Below, one piece after another: positions 12,150 to 24,844 of a stretch of DNA of 64,000 bases. This DNA comes from Octopus bimaculoides (taxonomy: Eukaryota). The notes under the pieces were generated by a model. That model was not told the origin of the DNA, did not search any database, and saw nothing but the letters and a program-made list of their open reading frames with translations. Positions within the stretch are counted from its first letter, which is position 1. Every line of letters begins with the position of its first letter. A program made the position numbers and the translations under genes. The stretch is from positions 61,543,666 to 61,607,665 of the forward strand of contig NC_068990.1 of NCBI RefSeq assembly GCF_001194135.2, in the 5' to 3' direction.

Positions 12150-12390
12150 CAGTTCTCAAAGAGAAACTGGACCGAGACAAATTTGTCCGCCGAGTTAAAG
12201 CTATTTATAACAAACTATTGGCTCACCAGATGGTAGAAATATACTCTATCACGTGACCTTATTAGGGGCCGTGATTGGTCAGTTTGCGTTCTGGCGGGAA
12301 AGGTTCGAAGAAGTTGCCGATTCGAATAATAATCAGTCACGTGATGACAAGGAATGGGTCCTCTACTACGCTCGCATTTATTTATATTTA
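12150..12390. promoter_or_regulatory. CpG-rich candidate bidirectional promoter
   Basis: TCACGTGA at 12249-12256 and 12337-12344; ATTGG (CCAAT on -) at 12217-12221 and 12274-12278; TATAAAT on - at about 12203-12209; CpG-dense, TE-free sequence. Confidence 0.6.
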
Positions 12391-12391
12391 A

Positions 12392-12443
12392 ATGAGAAGA
12401 TTGTATGTAATGGCGATAGTAGTTTTGTATCTAGTGACGATAG
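12392..12443 (+). CDS. Candidate first coding exon encoding a signal peptide (MRRLYVMAIVVLYLVTI, phase-1 intron)
   Basis: ATG at 12392, basic n-region, hydrophobic h-region, AG|GTAGTT donor at 12444 (weak at +4/+5), immediately downstream of the promoter motifs; no downstream exon identified. Confidence 0.42.
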
Positions 12444-12680
12444 GTAGTTTCACTACACATATATGAGTGTTCAGGTTTTGGAATTTTTTCTGAACAACCT
12501 ATACAAATGAATTTTTTATAGTGATCAAATGAATGTGCTGTACAGTAACTCACTCCCTCCATCAAATCGATGTTGCCTGAACAGTTGTATGGTGCACCAT
12601 GCATCAGATATTGAAATGATCACACAGCAAAGTGAGATGAAGTGTTTTGCTCAAGAAGCCAATGCACCACCCGGTCTTGG

Positions 12681-12728
<48 letters not shown>

Positions 12729-13275
12729 GTTAATGCCCTGATACAGTACCAGGCAGTGGCTCTCATGACTTCTGATCTTAACTGATTGGAAGTGTTATCA
12801 TGTACATGTTTTGTCTTGGTATAAAAAGATGGGCTACAGCAAATATTCTATTCAATACTACAGATTTGTTTGTCAGTTGCTTGACCTTAACCAGTTGAGC
12901 ACATCACTAAGTGGCTGATGTTACATGCGTCTCTGATCACGAGCAAAAGTAGTGGAGGAACATCATAGCCATATGCTGATTGGGATTCTTTGAGGTTTGA
13001 ATAATTCACCTCTGGCAACATGGGCATTTCATTCAGCATCTTTAACAAGCCTTAGTCAGGGACCTTTTGAGCAGGATGGGCTACTCAACCTGAAGAAGAT
13101 TCTAACATGGTCCCACCCGCAATATCATGTACTATTTATCTTGATATGAAATCACCATGTCACACACATTTGGTTATGATGCATGTGCCTGGTGTACCCT
13201 TAACAGACAGGTATATTGGGCTTCGTATATTTGTACTCCCGTGTCACTTTGATGGCATGCACTGCTCTCTCATTC
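12729..13275. mobile_element. Unclassified ~545-bp interspersed repeat (informal family F) flanked by (AAT)n
   Basis: Second partial copy at 40590-40667 plus 41072-41180 (gcaaatattctgctcagtaccatagatttgcttgtcagttg; catgtcccttagtggctgac); no ORF. Confidence 0.65.
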
Positions 13276-13290
13276 AATAATAATAATAAT

Positions 13291-13509
13291 AATCCTTTCT
13301 ACTCAGGACAAGGCCTGAAATTTGTGGGGAGTGAATAAGTCGATCACATCGATCCCAGTACATGACTGGTGCTTAATTTATCGACTCCTTAAAGAATGAA
13401 AGGTAAATTCAACCTTGGCAGAACTTGAACTCAAAACGTAGCAGTGAGTGAAATACCGCTAAGCATTTTGTCCAGCATGCTAATGATTCTGCCAGTTCGC
13501 TGCCTTGAT
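13291..13509 (-). mobile_element. Family B SINE, tail type 2
   Basis: Reverse complement has the ggcagcgaactggcagaatc head, the central domain and a ggccttgtcc..tagaaaggattattatt tail. Confidence 0.75.
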
Positions 13510-14401
13510 AATAATAATAATAAATAATAATAATAATATTAATAATAACAACAATAATAACAATAATAATAATTATAATAATAATAATAGTGATAGCAGT
13601 AATAACAACAAACCCATCTAAATTATCCATATCTATTACAACTTTATACATTACCAATTCTTATATTTTCATTTCCACATGAACATTTTTTCGTATCTAT
13701 AACATTGTTGAAAAATTAACAATTTATATAAGTTTTTACATCTGTGTTGTTGTCACTGTAGTGACATTTTGGTATGGAGATTATTTTCATATTTTAATTA
13801 GTTCAAAGGCTGAACTTTTCTACTACCCATTTTTTATTTTCTTTATTCAAACCAATCAAATATCCTGATTAATTATATTGAAATTTTTTGTTTTAAACTT
13901 TGTTTTTTTAAAGTAATAAAATATTTGTTTATTCAAACTGAGTTGATTGGAAATTTGGACAATTGAATCCTATCCTTTCACTAAAGCAAAAGTTGTTGTT
14001 GTTGTTGTTGTTGTTGTTTGTTATAATGAACAACAGGTTTTTTTGTTTGTTCTTTTTTCATGAGAAAGACAAGGTGGGGAGGTAGTCTTTTATTGTAGCT
14101 TTTCTTTTTTGGAATAGTTAAAATGTAAAACGGTATTTTAAAATATGGTTTGACCTCCTTTAAGTAAATTATTGAATTTTTGAAGAATGTTTCTCCCTTC
14201 ATAAGTGACATTCCTCTGGGGTTGCGACAGTATGTTAGAGTCTGTATGGAGTTGAGAATATGGGAGCAAGTAAAAATATGAATTGTAATAGTGGCATCAT
14301 TCAGAAGCTTGTTTGGTAACCCTATGGTTTGGGTTCATTTCCACAATGTGGCACCTTGGGCAAGTTTCATCTACTATAGCCCCAAGATGTGAGTGAATTT
14401 G

Positions 14402-14444
<43 letters not shown>

Positions 14445-14879
14445 CACACATACATATATATACATACATACATACATATATATATACATACATACATACA
14501 TATATATATATATATATNNNNNNNNNNNNNNNNNNNNNNNNNNNNNNNNNNNNNNNNNNNNNNNNNNNNNNNNNNNNNNNNNNNNNNNNNNNNNNNNNNN
14601 NNNNNNNNNNNNNNNNNNNNNNNNNNNNNNNNNNNNNNNNNNNNNNNNNNNNNNNNNNNNNNNNNNNNNNNNNNNNNNNNNNNNNNNNNNNNNNNNNNNN
14701 NNNNNNNNNNNNNNNNNNNNNNNNNNNNNNNNNNNNNNNNNNNNNNNNNNNNNNNNNNNNNNNNNNNNNNNNNNNNNNNNNNNNNNNNNNNNNNNNNNNN
14801 NNNNNNNNNNNNNNNNNNNNNNNNNNNNNNNNNNNNNNNNNNNNNNNNNNNNNNNNNNNNNNNNNNNNNNNNNNNNNNN

Positions 14880-14920
<41 letters not shown>

Positions 14921-14923
14921 GCA

Positions 14924-14957
<34 letters not shown>

Positions 14958-14979
14958 CACATACATACATGTATCTGAA

Positions 14980-15292
14980 GGCACATGCCTTAGTGGTTAG
15001 GGTAATCAGCTTGTGACCGTTAGGTCATAAGTTCAGTTTCCTGCAATTCATTGTGACTTTGAGCAAGACACTTTATTTCATATTACTCCAGTCCACTCAG
15101 CTGGCAAAAATGAGTTGTACTTGAAATTCAAAGGGCCAGGCTTGTTACATTCTGTATCATGCTGAATCTCCCTGAGAACTACATTGAGTGTACACGTGTC
15201 TGTGGGGTGCCACTTGTATGTTAATTACATGAGCAGGCTGTTCTGTTGATTAAATTAACTGAAACTCTCATTGTCATAACCAACAGAGTGTC
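14980..15292 (+). mobile_element. tRNA-derived SINE, informal family C
   Basis: A-box-like ccttagtggttagg, B-box-like agttcagtttcc, domain gtgactttgagcaagacactttatttc. Confidence 0.75.
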
Positions 15293-15338
15293 TGTTATAC
15301 ACACACATGTGTCTGTGTGTGTGTGTGTATGAAACTTG

Positions 15339-15510
15339 CACTCCCTTGGTTACGATGACAAGGGTTCCAGTTGACCTGATCAATGGAACAGGCTGCCCAT
15401 GAAATTAATGTGCAAGTCCCCAAACATGTGTACCCTTAACGGAGTGACAAGGCCGGCCCTTTAAAATAAAGGTACAACACATTTTTTGCCAGTTTAGTGG
15501 ACTGGAATAA
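15339..15510 (-). mobile_element. Family C SINE 3' half, inverted relative to the 14980 copy
   Basis: Reverse complement aligns to 15080-15290. Confidence 0.75.
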
Positions 15511-15665
15511 CCACTAAACCACACATACTTCATACAGTGGCCAGTTAGTCAGAAAACGCCAGAATATTTAGGAAACTTGGATGTTTTTAATGCACTGCAT
15601 CACTGTTGAATATGTATTTCTTTGTGGCAAAGTGCAATGCATGTCCCTAATGCAGCCATCGCTGT

Positions 15666-15885
15666 TTTACCCCTATAGCATCTAAACCAGAAATATCCAG
15701 CCAGGATTTTCTATCTGTTTTATGTTCAAACCGACCAGATCCAAGCTCTCATACCTATCCCACAATGTTATTCTACATTAAATAATCACTTTATCAAAAT
15801 CTCAAGGATATGCATGATTAATTCAAAACAATGTGAATCAATAAGCATTTCAACTGATAGAATAACCAGAACACTAAAGGGTTAA
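15666..15885. mobile_element. piggyBac-like MITE (TTAA/CCCT termini); partial copies at 36060-36218 and 42690-42847
   Basis: Ends tttacccctatagc ... actaaagggttaa; the other copies end ctaaagggttaa and ctaaaaagttaa and share internal sequence. Confidence 0.6.
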
Positions 15886-16009
15886 AACAATTTTAATGCT
15901 TGTTTTTGTTGGGGTTTTTTTTAAATAAAACTTCTGAAAAGCTGATGATATTCTGTAACATTTTTAGGGCCTTATTCAGTGTGCTGTAGACTGAAAAAAA
16001 TTGGAACTC

Positions 16010-16930
16010 AAAGACAAGCTAGAAATACCAGGCAAATCTTCCCTAAATCGTTCCTCGCCATCTTAAACAGAGATCACATCAGATGATGTAGTTCTGCTTA
16101 CACTTTTAAACAACCTTTTTGCTCTACAGACTGGTCTCATGCAAGACAAGTTTTCTCAGGATCAGAGAACCATATGCAATAACAAAAACAAATTCAAATG
16201 CATAGTACATAATTTAATTATTACGTGGTGCCCCAGCATGGCCACCGTCTAATGACTGAAACAAGTAAAAGATAAAAGACATAATACATATACATTACTT
16301 ATATAATAAATATATAATGTAAAAACACACAGCAACTGCACTACACCCTTTAAAGGTCATGGGTTGGAATGTCTTTGAACATAGATTTGCTGAGTCAGGG
16401 CTGACCTGGGGTTAAACAGCAGTAGAAACAAAAAAACAATAATAAAAAATGAAAACTAAAATAATGAAATAACAACTACCATACTGTCAGCATAACCAGC
16501 TTCTGCACTGGCAGCAGTAGCTGCAGTGATACAAGAAGTATATATATGTGACAAGAGCAACAACAACAACAACAACAAAAATAGCAATGTGGATACCTCT
16601 CCATGGTCACTTAGCCTGCTAGAAATAGCAACCAATTAATGCTCTATGGAACTAATACTTTTTCTACTTACATAAAAAGAGAAAAAGAACATTGGGTATT
16701 GTAGGCATAGATACACCATGCCTGAAGAAATGACAATGATGTTTATAGTTAGATTGGTTTGATCAGTAAGATCAACAACAAGAAGACCTGTTGAGAGAAG
16801 TTTGGGAGATCTAAAAATGAACGTCAGGCTAATATAATTGAATTATAAAGTAATAAGGTAGCCTCTACATTGAAACAGCAGTGAAAATTCTCTCAAATTA
16901 CAACATACTGTCTTAAAAATATAACATACA
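16010..16930 (+). mobile_element. Cluster of fragments of an unclassified short repeat (informal family E); another piece on - at 49935-50080
   Basis: Recurrent pieces gctagaaatagcaac/cagc, aaatcttccctaaatc, ggttggaatgtctttgaacatag..ggctgacctggggttaaacagc. Confidence 0.5.
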
Positions 16931-16939
16931 TAGGCACAG

Positions 16940-17080
16940 CTGTGGCTGTGTGGTAAGAAGCTTGCTCCCCAATTGCATGGTTGCAGGTTCAGTCCCACTG
17001 CATGGCACCATTGGAAAGTTACTTCTGCCTTAGCCTTGAGCTGACCAATGCTTTGTGAATGGATTTGGTAGATGAAACTG
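16940..17080 (+). mobile_element. Family A SINE head
   Basis: tgtggctgtgtggtaagaagcttgctcccc..ggttcagtcccactgcatggcacc. Confidence 0.75.
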
Positions 17081-17188
17081 AATATACTGTAATATGATGA
17101 ACTTTGTTCATCATATTACAGTTCCCAATATTACAGCATCATCTGGAATCAGGTGGAGAAGGAAAAACAGATCCAAGACTATTTATTA

Positions 17189-17851
17189 GCAGTAGAGGCA
17201 GTATTAATACCAAGAGGTAATATTTATCCCTACTTAAAAGTGGATGTTCTAGAATAAGCTATACTTTTGTAGCTACCATGAGAGAAACTCTCATATTGGC
17301 TTTTGGTTCAAGTGCCCTCTTGTTTATATTGCTAGCAAGGAGTTAAATCCCCACCACCTCCAGTGCTGAGATCACCAGATCACATTGTTTCGACCTTACT
17401 TAGCCTTGTCAATGATGGACACTCAACTGTTAGAGATAGCAGCAATTCATCTCCCCACCAGCAATATATAGAAGAACAGTGTCAGAACTGGTGCTGGTGT
17501 TGCGATTAGTCAGTGAACTTGTTAAAAAATATGTTTTTGCAACAGAAGCAGTATCAATACCAAAAGGTAATATTTATCCCCACTTAAACATGAATGTTCT
17601 GTTAGAACAAATTATACTGTAGTAGATAGCATGAGATAAACTCCCATACTGGCTTTTGGTACAAAATACACTCTTGTTTATATCGCTAGAGAAGTGATAA
17701 CTCCCACTAGATCACATGATTTTGTCTTTCTTTGGTCTGGTCAGTGATGGATGCTCAACCACAAGAAACAGCAGTAACTCATTTCCTCAATAGTGATATA
17801 TAAAATGACAGTGCTAGAACAGGCACTGGCATTGTGATTAGCCACTGAGTT
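17189..17851. repeat. Diverged tandem duplication, 350-bp period, 2 copies
   Basis: gcagtattaataccaagaggtaatatttatccctacttaaa vs gcagtatcaataccaaaaggtaatatttatccccacttaaa; collinear to gattagtcagtga / gattagccactga. Confidence 0.85.
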
Positions 17852-18049
17852 AATCTAAGACTTTGCTAGATGTTACATGAAACAGAGACTTCAGCATCCA
17901 GACAGCTGCACAAATGGGACATGATCACAAAAACTCCTCTCGGTCATGCTACAAGTTCCAACTGTAATGATCTTATCAGGCATTGTATTTCTAGAACTAT
18001 ATCAGCTAATGTGTCTTTTCTCTAATCATGTAAGAAGAAAATGGTATCA

Positions 18050-18290
18050 AAGAGAAAGGAAGCATTTAATTGAAAGATTGAAATGACTGGTAGGCCTGCA
18101 ATTTGTTCTTCTAAGCCATAAAACTTCTTTAGTTAGAAAAGCTCTCACAGAGTAGGTGTTAGCATTCACTCTTGGTACATCTTGGTTTATCTTGGTTGGA
18201 GTTATGTAAGCATAATGCGAAGTGCAATATCTACCAAGCTTCTTGTATGATGGGCTAGCTTTGTTATGCTGTTTGTGGTACATTTTCCCC
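18050..18290 (-). mobile_element. Highly decayed CR1/L2-like LINE endonuclease relic
   Basis: Frame with stops reads ELF*LKKFYGLEEQIAGLP, resembling the L.Q.V..PT region; weak. Confidence 0.3.
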
Positions 18291-18655
18291 ACAGTATAAC
18301 CCTTAAATTTCAGCTGTCAAATGTGAGAATAATGAACTGGGATCACTACCCTTAGTTGAGTATCTAGACTTGCATTCAAACAGAGATTATAGCTAGCATA
18401 TGCAACCCTCTCTAGTAGACTTTGAGTTTGAGAATTATGACTAAAACTATGTCTAAGCAATAATGTAGTCTGTTTATCAAAGAATTTACAAGAAATTAGA
18501 GCACTGTAGTTATCCAGTGTGTATTATGTAAACTCACAAGTGACATTTTTTTTAACAAAAGAAGAAAAGGAAGGCTGGGAAGTGCACAAAAAACTACATT
18601 CAAATTATCAATCAAACTTTACTTTGAGCTTTAAATTCACAGCATGTGCATTGGA

Positions 18656-18704
<49 letters not shown>

Positions 18705-19243
18705 CAGTCAATGAGTATTTTGAACAAGTTGGTCATGTCATATCATGGTTCATTATGGAAATCAAAATTGTAAACAAATACTTAGTGATGATGTCAATCA
18801 CAAAACTAAATGCAATTGCTCAACCTTAATTAGATTCACAAATGCAGCTGTGACAATATAAAGTCTCAAGAATTTGTATATACACACCATTCATGTATGT
18901 AATATACATACATACATACATACATACATGCATATGCACTCACTGTTCTATAGACTGACTACAATCTTAAATTCCATTAGATGTTGCTTATATTGTCAGC
19001 CAATCAGGAACAGTGATTTAAAAGTACACATTAGTTTGAAAGATTATAGATATCCATTGCTATGATATCTAGAGTTTTCAGATTTTACTAGGCTGTATTA
19101 GCAATAAATGGGATTTTTTCAGCTAAATGTTTTTACTATTTAAACACAGCTGCAAGCAGAGTTACAAGTAATAGTCAAGCAGAGCAACATTTGTTCTATG
19201 GATAGGTCAAAGGCTGAAACCAAAATATTATAAATTTAGCATA

Positions 19244-19625
19244 GGCATGGCTGTGTGGTAAGAAGCTTACTTCCCTACTACATGGTTCTGGGTTCAGTCC
19301 CACTGCATGGCACCTTGGGAAAGTATCTTCGAATTGTCTCGGGCCAACCAAATCCTTGTGAGTGGATTTGATAGAAGGAAACTGAAAGAAGCCCAACGTA
19401 TATGTGTACGTGTGTCCTTATGTCTGTGTGTCTCCCACCACTGTTTGACAATTGGTGTTGGTTTGTTTATGTGCCCATAACTTAGCAGTTCAGTAAAAGA
19501 GATTGATAGAACAAGTGCCAAGGATTTTAAAGTTAAAAGCCCTGGGGTCAATTCATTTGACTAAAAATTCTTTGAGACAGTGCCCAGCATGGCTGCAGTC
19601 TATTGACTGAAATTAATAAAAAAAA
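19244..19625 (+). mobile_element. Family A SINE, full length, CpG-decayed
   Basis: ggcatggctgtgtggtaag head; gtgcccataacttagcagttcagt where the left-hand copies read gtccccgtaacttagcggttcggc. Confidence 0.85.
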
Positions 19626-19827
19626 TATACAAGATTAGCTACTAATGTAACTTATATTTAAGTATGTAAAATACATCTGGGGCTCCAGCATGGTCTTAGC
19701 CATGATGATTATTAAATAAACTAAAGAACTAAAGATCATATCATTAGACTGTAAGCTTTTTAGGAACATTACAGTGAAACAAAGTTCAAAAAAAAATTTC
19801 TCTCCATTACAAAAACCTGATGGCAGT

Positions 19828-19834
19828 CTTTCTT

Positions 19835-19929
<95 letters not shown>
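19828..19929 (+). repeat. (TTTC)n microsatellite inside a decayed LINE-like fragment
   Basis: About 24 units; the left flank translates as NFSPLQKPDGS (CR1-like, weak). Confidence 0.9.
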
Positions 19930-19930
<1 letters not shown>

Positions 19931-20197
19931 TGGTGCCTATAATTGAGGTGGTTAATTACATCAACTAGATGTTGTAGAGAAGAGTAATTTGTGCAGAATA
20001 AAGAGCAGCAACAATTTGGTGGGATGCCCCTGTTCGACCCTAATCTATCTTATTTATCTATTTAATTATTTTCCAATATTGATTTAAAAAAGAAAAAAAA
20101 AATTGCATGTACATTATATTTTATATTCGCTATGTAAAATTATGGTCTGTGTTCGTTACAATCCTTCTAATAAAAAAAATATCATTTGTCGTAGTCA

Positions 20198-20480
20198 TCA
20201 AATAGTTGTCATGATGATGATGATCATCATCATCATCATCATTACCATCATCATTGTCATCATTGTCATTGCCATTGTCAGCGTCTTCCTCCACATCATC
20301 CTCATCATTGTTGTCATTGTCAACATCATCATCATCACCACCACCACCGCCACTGCCGCTGCCACCACCACCATCATCGTCATTGTCATCGTCATTCTCA
20401 TCAGAATCGTCATCATCTTCATCATCATCATCATCATCATCAACGTTGTCGTCATCATCATCATCATTGTCATCATCAGT
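20198..20480. repeat. Composite (CAT)n/(CAC)n trinucleotide tract
   Basis: Directly visible; generates the poly-D, poly-S, poly-I and poly-M ORFs. Confidence 0.95.
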
Positions 20481-21536
20481 CAATAATATTATTGTTAGTG
20501 TTTATAGGGTATTAAAACGGAAGATCTTGTACAACACTCTAAACAAATTGTCCCACAAATTTTGTCACAGAACAATGTTTTCAATGAATTTCTTCTTATT
20601 TTAATAGTTAAAGTTTTTTATTACAGATTTTATTTGAAGATATCAAAGGCTAAACTCTGTATTGAGAACATGTAACAAAAACTTGCTATTCATTGGAGTT
20701 GAGAGAAAAATAAAACTAAAAGAAAAGAAAAAAGACTTAATTAATAGGATGAATTTTGCTAAGATATAACAACTATTTTTCAATTTGTCACTTCATTCAA
20801 TCAGTTTCTGACTAGCTTAGAATCTTTGTAAAAGATTAAATATTTACTATAAGAAAATTAAATTAGCTCTTAAACAAGGCTTTAGGCTTCATGAAATACG
20901 ATAATGCTATTAACTAATTCTAAATCTGATGCCAAAAGCTATCTGAAATTGAAAAACATACCATGTGATTCATATATTTGAATTTACTTTTTATATTTAT
21001 AAAAGAAAAAAAAAAAAAAGAAAGAATTCTTTGCATTTAAAACAAGCCTTTAGCAAAAGCTGAAGATTATAGACTCTTCTAGAAGAGTGTTATTAGTATG
21101 AAAATAAAAGGATATCTTGTTGTCAGATAATAATATATAACTAAATTTTCTCTTTGTGTTTAGTCATATTGTTTTGCATTTATCTTCAAACTCTGTAATT
21201 ATAGTATGTTGTAACTGGAATTTCTGAAATAAAAGAATATAGAAATATTTCACTGAAATAAATTATTATTATTGTCAATTATCTTATGTTGCACCAACCG
21301 ATTTGACTTCAGCTTAATTATTTATGAAATGTTTTGATAGAAAAAACATCACTCCACACTAAATTGTTTCAAATCATTCTTTTGCAGAAAGTGATATGAT
21401 ATATGGTCTAAGTGGCAACATTGTACTGATTTTCAAATTAATATTTTTCTTTAATTAATATTTTTTAATTACACGATATGTTTCATATATATGTATGTGT
21501 GTGTGTGTGTGTATACATATACATACATTTATATAA

Positions 21537-21611
<75 letters not shown>

Positions 21612-22704
21612 TACACACGCACACGTTACTTTCAAGTTATTCATACCAATGTTGTTTACTGTTTCATTTTGTATGGCCTTATACCTAGTATTTTGTTACT
21701 GAAATGAGAATGAAATCTTTTGTATTACACTAAAGACAGTAAGACACTTCAAAGATAATATCTTTATCTCATATTTTCCATTGTATTCTTCAAATATACA
21801 ATATTTTATACTAATGTTATAAGAAATTAAAACAGAGCTTAGAATATTTTCTGTTTCTTTCTTTCTTTCTAAACTTTTATTAAACATCACATTCAGATTT
21901 TTAAATTAATTCCTTTCTACACCATCTGTGCTTAAATTATATTATTAATCCTATAACTTTTCAAGTTCCAAATTAATTGCACTACTAATTTTACTCCACT
22001 CTGTATATTTCTGATCTTAGCTTATTAACAAAAAATGGCCCTTCTTCTCATAAAGAATGTTTCAAAAAATTCATAATATTATTCTACTAGTTGTAAACGT
22101 ATGTTTAACCATTGTACCTACTTATGGAACAAATTTGGAGACATAATCAAAATCATAACTGTAAGTTTATGCTTTAAACAAGCCCAAATATGGAACAAAA
22201 TCAAAGACTTTGAATGCTTTAACAATGCTTTAACGAAACAAGTTCAAGTATTTTGCTTTGAACAACCTTGACAAACACATAAATTGAATATTAAACATAA
22301 GCAATCAAGCTCTACTGCTATGCTTTCAGCAACCATAACTATAGAAAATTGAACATATTAACAGAAATATTTAGTGTAATGAAATGAGTTTAAAGATATT
22401 ATTTCCAAGAATGTTAACTATGGAACAATACTAAAGATACTTAAAATTTCAAAATCTTTAACTAAATAATGCAATGCTATGATAAATATGAATTTATAAA
22501 CAAGAACATTTATAAAACATGGGCTTTTTATGGATTCTCTTTATAAATAGGAATATGTTGGATCAGTTGAATGAAATCAGTAATTATTGCTATTGGCATT
22601 ATTTTGTCTCTTTAATAGTTACAAATTAATCAAACTTTGTGATAGACTGGCAGATGTTTCAAAGGGCAGCAACCATCTATCATAGATTTATAAAACAGCT
22701 GCTG

Positions 22705-22769
22705 GGACATACAGACATACATACATGCATACATACATACATACTTGCATACATACATACATACATACA

Positions 22770-22803
<34 letters not shown>

Positions 22804-23022
22804 CATATATATACATATATATACATATATATACATATATATACATACATACATATATACATATATATACATATATATACATGCATACATACATACATAC
22901 ATACATATATACATATATATACATATACATACATATATATACATATATATATATATATATATTCACATACGCATATATATATATAAATATATATATATAT
23001 GCATACGCACACACACACATAC

Positions 23023-23058
<36 letters not shown>

Positions 23059-23373
23059 ATANNNNNNNNNNNNNNNNNNNNNNNNNNNNNNNNNNNNNNN
23101 NNNNNNNNNNNNNNNNNNNNNNNNNNNNNNNNNNNNNNNNNNNNNNNNNNNNNNNNNNNNNNNNNNNNNNNNNNNNNNNNNNNNNNNNNNNNNNNNNNNN
23201 NNNNNNNNNNNNNNNNNNNNNNNNNNNNNNNNNNNNNNNNNNNNNNNNNNNNNNNNNNNNNNNNNNNNNNNNNNNNNNNNNNNNNNNNNNNNNNNNNNNN
23301 NNNNNNNNNNNNNNNNNNNNNNNNNNNNNNNNNNNNNNNNNNNNNNNNNNNNNNNNNNNNNNNNNNNNNNNNN

Positions 23374-23439
<66 letters not shown>

Positions 23440-23520
23440 ATGTGTGTGTGTGTGTGCATGTATGTATATATGCATATATATATGTGTGTGTGCGTATGTG
23501 TGTTTGTGTGCATATATATA
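22705..23520. repeat. (TACA)n/(TA)n/(TG)n tract with an N gap
   Basis: Directly visible. Confidence 0.95.
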
Positions 23521-23884
23521 TAATGTACTGATCCATGAGCAAAATTCAAAAGTACTCCATCTGGTGAGGGATAAGCATTATTTAATACATGTATTGTGAC
23601 CTTAAATGAATTATATATATAGGCTTAATGCTTTTAGCTTAAGTCCCTGTCACCTTGTGGGATTCAAATAGTCTTAGTACTAGAGATATGCAAAACTATA
23701 ATGACTTTCCAGAAATCGACTGATGAAGGAATCTTCTGTGAATGGTCTGTGCATCTTATTTCTGTCCTGTTTGCTATTCATTATGTTATTGTCTATGTTA
23801 TTGCTTATGTTATGTTATCGTCTATTTTTCCGAATGTTGTTTTTTTGTTCAATTCCGCTTGTTATGTTCTTTTTGTCCTAACTT

Positions 23885-23924
<40 letters not shown>

Positions 23925-24627
23925 TCTAATTCATTGAAATACACACACACATATATGTATGTATGTTTGTATATATGTATGCATGTATGTATATGTTTAT
24001 GTAAAACATCTATTTTAATGAAAACTAACTAAAAAATGCTGTAAGAAATAAATCATTCATGTTTATTAGTCAGAGACACCATCAGCACAAAAAACACAAC
24101 AGATAAGTTAATGTTAACATATTTAATGTAGTGAGTATCAAAAATCTAAATAGAAATATTTATATGGTGAGCAAGCAAACATTAACCCAGTCACTGAATT
24201 ATTTCAGTTATGTTGACAACTATGAGAAGTAACTCTGAACTTGTTTTGGTTTTATACTTTTTCAGCAAAGTGTAGACTTTATCATTTGAAAACTCCATTG
24301 ACAAAGTTAAATTACATTAAAATCTAACTAGAAATTCTGCCTGGAGATCAGTTTAGCCAAAAACTTGACAAGAATAGATTATCACCTGCCAGAATTAATA
24401 GATTAGTCTTCCAAGATTCATTCCTCATAAGTGAAATATGTGTCATAAAATTTATTAATCCAAAGAATTATCATTATACCTAAAAAAAAAAATGATTTTT
24501 TTATCACATTTCACATTTACTAGTATTTTGATGAAAAATTTATTCAATTTATTTAATTTGATATTTAATTTTTACAGTTAACTTTCATGTGTAAAACAAA
24601 CTTGCTAAAGCTTCAAAATGGTCAATA

Positions 24628-24813
24628 GAGGGCTGTGTGGTAAGATGATTGCTTCCCAACCACATGGTTTTGGTTTCAGTCCCACAACGGGATACCTTAG
24701 GCAGGTGTCTTCTACTATAGCCCCTGCCTGTCCAAAGTGTTGTGAGTGGATTTGATAGACAGAAACTGAAAGAAGCCCATTGTGTGTGTGTGTGCATGTG
24801 TGTGTGCATGTGT

Positions 24814-24844
<31 letters not shown>
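24628..24844 (+). mobile_element. Family A SINE head plus internal (TG)n, running into a gap
   Basis: gggctgtgtggtaag..ccttaggcaggtgtcttctactatagcc..gaaactgaaagaagcccattgtgtg. Confidence 0.75.

Noticed and set aside
12126-12447. ORF-track peptides CCRVVHGT... and MTLLGAVIG...
   Set aside because: They overlap promoter motifs, depend on the gap or a non-ATG start, and show no family similarity.
23715-23750. CTGATGA-AGG..CTT..TGAATGGTC
   Set aside because: GAAA box and stem III disrupted; too degenerate to call.
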